Shown: piece by piece, positions 57,135 through 64,000 of the stretch | How positions within the stretch are numbered: the first letter of the stretch is position 1 | How the letters are laid out: each line of letters starts with the position of its first letter | Origin: Candidatus Harrisonbacteria bacterium CG10_big_fil_rev_8_21_14_0_10_49_15 | GTDB taxonomy: Bacteria; Patescibacteriota; Minisyncoccia; UBA6257; 1-14-0-10-44-23 | Length of the DNA stretch: 64,000 bases | Assembly (NCBI GenBank): GCA_002773415.1 | Contig: PFBD01000020.1 | Coordinates: 25,667 to 89,666 of the forward strand | Reading direction: 5' to 3' | The notes under the pieces: model-generated | Seen by the model: only the letters and a program-made list of their open reading frames with translations | What the model was told of the DNA's origin: nothing | Databases searched by the model: none | Position numbers and translations under genes: made by a program

Positions 57135-57809
57135 ATGCAAACGACAGGACCGCAAAAATTCGTTGCCGGCTGTACCTTAGTATTAGCCATGGGCGGCGTA
57201 GCACTGGCGATAGTGTATCTTTCACTGCTACTAACTTCGCCGCGAGAGAGCGAGGCTCAAGACCTTAGCGCTTTGACTGTTTCTAACAGAGTGGCATTTG
57301 CAAAGATGCTGGAGCGATCTGGGACAGCGACTAGGTTTCCTGTCTCAGCCGTTCTTGTTGATCCGGTACAGATTGTTATTCCGGCTTTAGGAGTTGATAC
57401 GAAGATCCAGGCGGTTGGTTTGACCGCCTCAGGTAAGATGGGTACCCCGAAGGGGGACCGGAAGTACAAAGACGTAGCCTGGTATAAAGATGGCTTTAAA
57501 CCGGGCGAGAAGGGAGCCGCAGTCATTGCCGGCCACTTAGACAATGGTTATGGGCTTGCGGCTGTGTTTAAAGAGTTGCAGAGTCTGAAGCTCGGTGACT
57601 CTATATTTGTTTCTGATGCTGACGGTAAGACGCTGCATTTTAAGGTGAGTAAAAAGGTTTTGTATCCGGCAGGTAATGAGCCGGTGAGTGATGTGTTTGG
57701 GGAGAGTGATGAACCGCGCTTGAATTTGATAACTTGTGATGGTGATTGGATAGAGAATGAGAGGGGGTACAGTCAGAGACTAGTGGTGTATACAGAGCTA
57801 GTTCGGTAG
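57135..57809 (+). CDS. Sortase-family transpeptidase
   Basis: N-terminal TM segment, catalytic His region (AVIAGHLD), LITCDG (Cys), downstream Arg. Confidence 0.75.
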   Translation: MQTTGPQKFVAGCTLVLAMGGVALAIVYLSLLLTSPRESEAQDLSALTVSNRVAFAKMLERSGTATRFPVSAVLVDPVQIVIPALGVDTKIQAVGLTASGKMGTPKGDRKYKDVAWYKDGFKPGEKGAAVIAGHLDNGYGLAAVFKELQSLKLGDSIFVSDADGKTLHFKVSKKVLYPAGNEPVSDVFGESDEPRLNLITCDGDWIENERGYSQRLVVYTELVR

Positions 57810-57836
57810 GCGTTTTTGTGAGTGGAAAAAAGGAAT

Positions 57837-57865
57837 TCGCGCTCTATTGACAGAGTGTTTTTTGT
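57837..57865 (+). promoter_or_regulatory. Consensus promoter TTGACA-17-TATAAT
   Basis: Read directly. Confidence 0.6.
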
Positions 57866-57882
57866 ATGCTATAATTTAACTT

Positions 57883-58860
57883 ATGAACGATAAAAAACTA
57901 GCTACATATCGAGTTTTGCGCGTGCTTGGGGCCGGTTTTTTGGCTCTAGGACTGGTTTTTATTGAGATCCCGACTACAGAGGCGGCTTTGCGCACAGTTT
58001 CTTTTGATTCGTATGCTGCTCGGGAAAGGGCACAGTCGCAGAGAAACAGCTCTTTTAATGATTACTACAGTGGCTCTGGATATAGCTATTACTACGGGCC
58101 GAATTATCAGCCTTTGCCGGTAGTGGACTTTGCGAGCACACGCCCGCCGACTATCGTACGTCAGACAAAGACCGTAGCTTTCGCGGATGCATTTAGCCGG
58201 GATGCTGATGAAAGTGACTCGTCTTCTGGTTCTGTGGCTGGTATTTCTGAATCTTCGTTTGTTGTATCTGACATAAAGATAGATGCCAGTTTGGCGACTA
58301 TTCGAGCGGCCGGTGAAGCCGGGACTGAGATCTGTGGGATTCAGGTAACTTGGAGAACAGATGAGCCGACTGCCGGCCAGGTGCTCTACGGTACTAAGTC
58401 GCAGGCGGATCTTAGCTTGGAAGAGATGAGCTACCCTTTCTCTGTTCAAACCAGTCCGAGTTTTAGTCGGGTGCATGGAGTAACTTTTGACTGTCTGCAA
58501 AACCAGACCTATTACTTTCGGATTGTTGCTTTGAGCCAGATAGATAGGGCTGTGAGCGACGAACGGATTTTGGTTCCGTTTACACCAGAGGCCGGAGTTG
58601 CCGCCGCGGTTGACTCTGACGAGGTAGATACGGACAGGGATGGCGCTTCGGTGCTTGGAACGATTGGTCGCTTTGGTATTCCGATTGCGTTTATTATCTT
58701 CTTGATCGTTATTGGTTATTATGTGGTTCGGTGGATCCGCGGTCAGATGGGCGGCGGTGAAAGAGTTCTTTTGAGTAGAGGCGAGGCAGACGCGGAAGAA
58801 CCGCTTTTGAACATTCCCGGTTTGCCTAAGAACGGTGATGATTTAGAAGAAAGTAATTAG
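57883..58860 (+). CDS. Secreted protein with a C-terminal TM anchor
   Basis: Signal peptide and C-terminal IPIAFIIFLIVIGYYVV. Confidence 0.6.
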   Translation: MNDKKLATYRVLRVLGAGFLALGLVFIEIPTTEAALRTVSFDSYAARERAQSQRNSSFNDYYSGSGYSYYYGPNYQPLPVVDFASTRPPTIVRQTKTVAFADAFSRDADESDSSSGSVAGISESSFVVSDIKIDASLATIRAAGEAGTEICGIQVTWRTDEPTAGQVLYGTKSQADLSLEEMSYPFSVQTSPSFSRVHGVTFDCLQNQTYYFRIVALSQIDRAVSDERILVPFTPEAGVAAAVDSDEVDTDRDGASVLGTIGRFGIPIAFIIFLIVIGYYVVRWIRGQMGGGERVLLSRGEADAEEPLLNIPGLPKNGDDLEESN

Positions 58861-58922
58861 CAGGTAGCTAGTAACAAAATCTCCGTAAGTACGGAGATTT
58901 TGTGCTATGATTCCCAGGTATT

Positions 58923-59651
58923 ATGAATATGAGCAATGAACAGTTCCCGATGAGGATAAATAAGTATTTGGCCCATAAGGGTATTTGTACTCGTCGTCAG
59001 GCTGATGATTGGATCGCACAAGGCCGGGTGATGGTGGGTGGCGAGCCGGCGGTCATTGGTCAGCAGATTCAAGCTGAGGATGAGGTGGTTGTGCGCTCAA
59101 AAGATCTGGCAAAAGCCGCTTCTGATAGAGTGTATTTTGCATTCAATAAGCCGATTGGCTTGGCAACGGAAGATGTTTTAGAAAAGTTGGTACCGACTCT
59201 GCCTAAAAAAGCCAAAGACGTATTTCCGGTCGGCCGCTTGGACAAAGTGTCGCATGGCCTACTTGTTTTAACTAATGACGGGAGGGTGACCGATCGATTG
59301 TTGAATCCAAAATATGTGCATGACAAGGAGTACGTTGTCCGGACTGATAAACCGATTACGCAGAATTTTTTGACTCGGATGGGTAAGGGTGTGAAGTTAG
59401 AGGATGGCTATATTACAAAGACGGCGATGCTGGCCGGTGAAGTTGGCGCCAAGCGCTTTTCTATTATATTGACTGAGGGGCGGAAGCATCAGATCCGACG
59501 TATGTGTACTGTTCTTGGCTTTGCGGTTAAGGACTTGCGCCGAGTGCGGGTGATGAACTTAAAGCTCTCCGGATTGGAGCCGGGTGAGTATCGGGAGGTT
59601 ATTGGTAAAGAACTGAAGGTATTTTTGAAGTCGCTGGGGATGGTTAAGTAG
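58923..59651 (+). CDS. RsuA/RluB-family pseudouridine synthase (S4 domain + PsuS)
   Basis: S4 motif. GRLDKVSHGLLVLTNDG (catalytic Asp). Confidence 0.8.
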   Translation: MNMSNEQFPMRINKYLAHKGICTRRQADDWIAQGRVMVGGEPAVIGQQIQAEDEVVVRSKDLAKAASDRVYFAFNKPIGLATEDVLEKLVPTLPKKAKDVFPVGRLDKVSHGLLVLTNDGRVTDRLLNPKYVHDKEYVVRTDKPITQNFLTRMGKGVKLEDGYITKTAMLAGEVGAKRFSIILTEGRKHQIRRMCTVLGFAVKDLRRVRVMNLKLSGLEPGEYREVIGKELKVFLKSLGMVK

Positions 59652-59762
59652 TATTAGCTTATTAGCTTATTAGCTTCTTAGCTGTTTAGGGAAATGGGTC
59701 ACGGCCCAAAACAGCCTGTTTAGCCGCGGCAGTAGCTAATCAGCTAGCCTTCTTTTCTTTGT

Positions 59763-60233
59763 TTAAACTATGGCACGGTCACTTCTGTTTTGAACCCAGA
59801 GGTATGAGCTCAGAATGAAGAGGGTCGTGCTGGTGAGTGCGGAATACATACACCACTCACAGATGGCTTTGAGAAGCACGAGCTGAACAAATACAAACCA
59901 AGCGGAGAAAAGGAAGCCAAAAATAGTGAGTAGCGCGGCGATGTTAAAGAGGCGGGGGTTGCGTCGGTCCAGGTATGCTAGAGAGAGGATGAAGACGGCC
60001 AGATAGTAGATTGCGCCGCCAAGGGCGACCGGAATGCCGAATATTTGCGAATAGGCGCTAGTCGTCACGGCTTCGCAGCCGCTGGCGATATTGCACGGCG
60101 GAACAGAGCCCCGGAAGTGTTCTATAGTCAGGAAGCCGGCGTCAATAAAGCCAATGAAGCTTAAAACAAGGAAGGCGATGACGATGCCGTTAGGAATTCT
60201 GGTCAGTTGTGGTAGTCGCATTGTCGTTGTCAC
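59763..60233 (-). CDS. Vitamin K epoxide reductase (VKOR) family membrane protein
   Basis: Loop cysteines CNIASGC and active-site CEWC in a TM helix. Confidence 0.7.
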   Translation of the reverse strand: MTTTMRLPQLTRIPNGIVIAFLVLSFIGFIDAGFLTIEHFRGSVPPCNIASGCEAVTTSAYSQIFGIPVALGGAIYYLAVFILSLAYLDRRNPRLFNIAALLTIFGFLFSAWFVFVQLVLLKAICEWCMYSALTSTTLFILSSYLWVQNRSDRAIV

Positions 60234-60981
60234 TGTTATTTTCCTTAATTATCTGCAGGGCGCCGTCTATTAGAAGTTTGAAGGTGTCGAGGCTGCGCGG
60301 GTTGCTTATTTGTTGACCATTGATAAAGAAGGTTGGTGTGCCGGTTATTCTGGCGCGCTGGCCGCTGTTTATGTCAGTGGCAACCTTGTTGCGTACTGCT
60401 TCTGATTCGTAGTCAGAGGTGAACTGAGTGGTGTCTAGGCCAAGGGATTCGGCATATTCGGTGAAAAGGTCCTCAGCTCTTGGGTTAGTGGCCCATTTGT
60501 TTTGATTAGCAAAAATCAGGTCGTGCATTTCCCAAAACTTTCCTTGTTGACCTGCCGCCTCGCTTGCCCAGGCAGCCGGGCGGGCGTTTGGGTGAATGGA
60601 CATGAGTGGGAAGTGACGATAGACAAAGGCGATGCGGTCGCCGTATATATCGGCCAGCTCTTCAACTATGGGCGCGTAAAAAGCGCAGGCCGGGCATTGA
60701 AAATCGCTGTACTCAACAAGTAGTAGTTGGGCATCGCGATTACCTTTGACCTGATCTTGTTCATTAATAGCGTCTGTGAGCGCGTTATTCGGGGTTTGGG
60801 AATTGCCACCTGAGAGCATGGCGATGGCGACGATGGCGCCAATGATAACAATAATGCCCATAGTCCAGATAAGCACACTCTTGCTCTTGCGTGCGGTACG
60901 GGCACTATCGCGGGACTGCTCTTTGCTGGCTTTTTGTTGGTCGTACTGCTCTTTTTTTGAAAGTTGTTCGTTGTTGTCCAT
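60190..60981 (-). CDS. DsbA-like thiol:disulfide oxidoreductase (membrane-anchored)
   Basis: Thioredoxin fold, active site CPAC. Confidence 0.8.
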   Translation of the reverse strand: MDNNEQLSKKEQYDQQKASKEQSRDSARTARKSKSVLIWTMGIIVIIGAIVAIAMLSGGNSQTPNNALTDAINEQDQVKGNRDAQLLLVEYSDFQCPACAFYAPIVEELADIYGDRIAFVYRHFPLMSIHPNARPAAWASEAAGQQGKFWEMHDLIFANQNKWATNPRAEDLFTEYAESLGLDTTQFTSDYESEAVRNKVATDINSGQRARITGTPTFFINGQQISNPRSLDTFKLLIDGALQIIKENNSDNDNATTTTDQNS

Positions 60982-61057
60982 ATTTTTTATAGCTTTATTA
61001 CTATTAATTATGCCGGGATTATAGCAGTTTTGGTCTGATTTTGCTATCCTGTAAGGA

Positions 61058-61414
61058 ATGAGGTTATTGAGAAAAGTGAGTCATCCACTGCGTGGGATTA
61101 TGGCTACTACTAAGCGTGATCTGAGTTTTCGTTTGGAAATTTTTGGTGGTTTTTTGCTTGTGCTTATTTTGGGTTGGCTTTGGCCGGTCAGTCAGGTGGA
61201 GCTCTTTGCGATTTTAATTACTTACGGGCTGGTGCTTGTTGCAGAGTTGACTAATACAGCTCTGGAAGCAGCGCTTGATAAACTGCATCCGGAACAGCAT
61301 GAGTCTATTCGAATAAGTAAAGACGCCGCGGCCGGAGCGGTTTTGATAGCTGTTTGCTTGAACGTGACCGTAGTGGCACTAGTTATTTTGGCGCGTTTCG
61401 GTGTGAGCCAATAA
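61058..61414 (+). CDS. dgkA: Diacylglycerol kinase (DgkA family)
   Basis: VAELTNTALEAALD and three TM helices. Confidence 0.8.
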   Translation: MRLLRKVSHPLRGIMATTKRDLSFRLEIFGGFLLVLILGWLWPVSQVELFAILITYGLVLVAELTNTALEAALDKLHPEQHESIRISKDAAAGAVLIAVCLNVTVVALVILARFGVSQ

Positions 61415-61447
61415 AAATAGCTCAAAGTGAATTTTTTTTCATTTAAT

Positions 61448-61473
61448 AAAAAAATGGGCGGCCGCCCATTTTT
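61448..61473. terminator. Bidirectional terminator (aaaaaatgggcggccgcccatttttt)
   Basis: Perfect palindrome with A/T runs. Confidence 0.7.
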
Positions 61474-61573
61474 TAATTAAATGAGAATTTAAGTGATATG
61501 TCGATCTTTGAGAAACCTACGACGAGGCTGCGTGCGACGAGGCTGAACCTCGTAACTTTCGTTTCGGGGTTGT

Positions 61574-61692
61574 TTAGTGTTTGACTGGATGGCTGGGCAT
61601 GACGAGAGCCGCTAAAATGTAGATAATAATACTGGGAACGACTCCGGTGAAGACGAGGATGAAGATCCAGATGACGCGTAGTAGCGTTGGGT
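61574..61692 (-). CDS. Unannotated PspC-domain micro-protein (39 aa)
   Basis: SD aggtgg, then MNVDPTLLRVIWIFILVFTGVVPSIIIYILAALVMPSHPVKH (DPTL.R..F.L.....G...Y...W...P pattern). Confidence 0.55.
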
Positions 61693-61720
61693 CTACGTTC
61701 ATGTATTCGGCTAAGCCACC

Positions 61721-62000
61721 TAAGACCCTGGGTTGCGATATTCGCGCGACGCGTTCTTAGCCAGCTTCGTCAAGCGCAAGGCTTGCCGAGCGAGCGGTAG
61801 CCTGTGTGCTACCGCGACTGAGGCATAACGCCGCGATTGGCGAAGCTGGCCAGAACCATTCGGGATACGGCAAATTGCTTCAGGAGCTTCGTTGCTTCGT
61901 CCTCGGAGTATCACAACAGGATACACCTTCGGACTCGCGCCTTGCTCCTGAAGCAATTTACCAGTATCGCGACCGGCGAATATCGCAACTCAGGGTCTAG
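61721..62000 (-). ncRNA. Candidate structured GC-rich RNA / long 5' leader (~280 nt). It has a closing stem that pairs its two ends and at least five internal helices
   Basis: Pairings: 61726-61746 with 61972-61992; 61764-61773 with 61836-61845; 61870-61888 with 61940-61958 (19 bp); hairpins gcggtagc..gctaccgc and gcaagg..cttgc. A TATAAT box (rc) lies at ~62012-62017. Confidence 0.4.
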
Positions 62001-62081
62001 ACTCCAGCGAAGAATTTATTATAGTTGCTTTTATATAAACGTTTCATGGTTTTAGTTTAGCTCAGGTGTATTAAATTTTCA

Positions 62082-62834
62082 TTAAATCTGAATCTTCTTA
62101 AAAAGCCAGCTACCAATAATGAGTAGGACGAGCGTGACTCCGGCAACTACTGTTAGGTCTAGCCAGATGGGGTGCTCGGCTGAGCCGACCAGGCCGCCGC
62201 GGATGGCGTCTACGCCATAGCTGAACGGGTTGAGTTTGGTGATAAGCTCTAAGGCAGGGGGAATATTGGTTAGTGGAAAAAGCGCGCCGGAGAGGAAGAA
62301 AATAGGGAACATGACAAAGTTGATGATGAGAGGAAAGGCAGAGGTGTCTTGCATGTGACTGGCAATAACCAGTCCCATGGCCGCGAACAGTAAGCCGATG
62401 AGCGCGGCCGCTGTAAGGGCGATGAGCGCGCCGCCAAGAGTAACCTGGGAGATATCAAAGCCGATGAAGATAGCCAAAAAGAAAACAATGATACCTTGAA
62501 AAACGGCGACTGTGGCTCCGCCGAGTGCTTTGCCGAGCATGATATAAAAACGAGGGACGGGCGCGACCAGGGTTTCTTTTAAAAATCCAAACATGCGGTC
62601 GCCGATAAGCTCGATGCCGATAAAAGTAGAAGTGAAGAGGATGGTCATGCCCACGATGCCGGGTACGAGGAAAGAGATGTAGTCGGTAATACCGCTTTGT
62701 TCAACGGTCGGGCCTAGACCATAGCCGAGAGCGATTAGAAAAAGCAGTGGCTGCCCAACAGCGCCCACGATACGGGCTTTATTGCGAAAGTATTTTTTTA
62801 TTTGGCGGAGCCAGAGAATGTATAAGGCGGACAT
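62082..62834 (-). CDS. ABC-2 family transporter permease
   Basis: 6 TM segments, ABC-2 type. Confidence 0.75.
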   Translation of the reverse strand: MSALYILWLRQIKKYFRNKARIVGAVGQPLLFLIALGYGLGPTVEQSGITDYISFLVPGIVGMTILFTSTFIGIELIGDRMFGFLKETLVAPVPRFYIMLGKALGGATVAVFQGIIVFFLAIFIGFDISQVTLGGALIALTAAALIGLLFAAMGLVIASHMQDTSAFPLIINFVMFPIFFLSGALFPLTNIPPALELITKLNPFSYGVDAIRGGLVGSAEHPIWLDLTVVAGVTLVLLIIGSWLFKKIQI

Positions 62835-62912
62835 GGAGAATTTTCAATTTACATTTTTCAATTCCTGCCTGCCGGCAGGCAGGTTCAAACAATTTTCGAA
62901 TTTCCTATTTTT

Positions 62913-63707
62913 CTAAAATCTGCCCATTTTTTTACTACGTTTGATGGAGGCATGGGGGTCGGGTTTTTCTTCGCGGATCTGGTGGCCGGTTAGAGAAATA
63001 AAAGCATCTTGGAGGTTGGAGGTCTTGGTTTGAGCTTTGAGTTCAGTTGGTGTGCCAATGGCAATTATCTTGCCATAGTCAATTACGCCGACGCGGTCGG
63101 CGTAGCGCTCTGCTTCTTCCATGTAGTGGGTCGTGAAGAAGACGGTCATGTTTTCGGTGGTAGATAGTTTTTGGATGTAGTCCCAGATGTAGTTTCGGGT
63201 TTGTGGGTCAAGCCCCAGGGTTGGTTCGTCTAAAAAAAGAATTTTGGGGTGGTGAAGCAGGCCTCGGGCTATCTCCATGCGCCGGCGCATGCCGCCACTG
63301 AATTCTTTAACTAGGCTGTCTTTGCGCTCCCAGAGGTCAACATAGGTAAGCATGTCTTTTATTCGCTTGGTGCGGGTCGGTTTATCTATTCCGTACAATA
63401 CGGCGTGGAACTCCATGTTTTCGTAGCAGGTGAGATCGTCGTCGTGGCTTTGCTCCTGAAAAATAATGCCGAAGTTGTGGCGAACATCGTTGGAGTTAGT
63501 GGCGGGATCGGCTCCGGCGACTAGAACCTCGCCCCCTGTGCGGTGTAGAAGAGTGGTTAGAATCTTGATGGTTGTAGTCTTGCCGGCGCCGTTTGGGCCG
63601 AGAAACGCGAAAATTTCACCGGCGTTCACGTGGAAGGAGGCGTTATCCACGGCGATAAGCTCGCCGTAACTTTTAGTGAGATTAGAAACGGAAATAATTG
63701 TTGGCAT
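62913..63707 (-). CDS. ABC transporter ATP-binding protein
   Basis: Walker A GPNGAGKTT, signature SGGMRRR, Walker B LFLDEPT. Confidence 0.9.
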   Translation of the reverse strand: MPTIISVSNLTKSYGELIAVDNASFHVNAGEIFAFLGPNGAGKTTTIKILTTLLHRTGGEVLVAGADPATNSNDVRHNFGIIFQEQSHDDDLTCYENMEFHAVLYGIDKPTRTKRIKDMLTYVDLWERKDSLVKEFSGGMRRRMEIARGLLHHPKILFLDEPTLGLDPQTRNYIWDYIQKLSTTENMTVFFTTHYMEEAERYADRVGVIDYGKIIAIGTPTELKAQTKTSNLQDAFISLTGHQIREEKPDPHASIKRSKKMGRF

Positions 63708-64000
63708 GGCGCTTAGGGCTCCCGCCTATCAGCGGGTAGGTAGTTTTCAGTGAGTTGAATTATGTTAGTGTACCAGAACGATTGGTGAAAAAACAATGAT
63801 TCGCGGGAGAAATCTTGAGACTTTTTTCGTCTTTACGTGAACTTCATGCGTGATCTGTATAGTTGGGATTGCGAAAGGTCGGTCTGTTTAAAGATCGGTT
63901 TATGCGTATATATGGATGATGCAGAGATAATGATCAAAGACCTTGTCTGTGGCATGGAGATAGCTAAGGGCGGAGCGCCGTCTGCATCGCACATGGGAGA

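Noticed and set aside
1-64000. tRNA, rRNA, tmRNA or SRP RNA genes
   Set aside because: Scanning intergenic regions found no cloverleaf-compatible T-arm (GTTCRA) segments or tmRNA/SRP consensus motifs. Only RNase P RNA was supported.

Overview
This window looks like a stretch of a Candidate Phyla Radiation (Patescibacteria)-type chromosome: host GC roughly 45-50%, a compact str/S10/spc ribosomal super-operon (rpsL to secY) with no L30 gene, very short mRNA leaders, a sortase and surface-protein locus, and a VKOR/DsbA pair. The 5' third carries DNA-repair genes (a 5'-truncated uvrA, uvrC, nfo, dinB, a UvrD-helicase/PD-(D/E)XK-nuclease fusion and a standalone Cas4-like nuclease). An RNase P RNA (rnpB) lies on the minus strand at ~53.5-53.9 kb. 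No tRNA, rRNA or CRISPR array was found.

The part that annotation does not explain:
- A ~90-bp nested-palindromic element sits in-frame inside four housekeeping genes (uvrA, uvrC, dus, helicase). This resembles the Rickettsia palindromic-element (RPE) phenomenon, but in a CPR-like genome.
- Two further short repeat families also insert in-frame (in nfo/typA/uvrC and in dinB).
- At least eight small GC-rich islets (~60-65% GC), each with its own promoter, SD and terminator, are inserted between host genes. One splits the S10 operon between rpsJ and rplC and carries a Fis-type HTH protein, three perfect palindromes and a 20-bp-stem hairpin.
- One islet holds a tandem pair of Gly/Ser-rich micro-ORFs (47 and 60 aa) that share a conserved hairpin-plus-SD leader.
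- An IS1595-like IS (30-bp TIRs, 8-bp target-site duplication, transposase apparently needing a -1 slip on an A7 run) is present.
- Perfect 30-32-bp palindromes flank two ArsR-like regulator genes.
- A ~280-nt highly structured GC-rich RNA candidate lies upstream of an unannotated PspC-domain micro-gene.
- A sortase substrate carries 11 internal repeats that mimic its own C-terminal NTG sorting motif.
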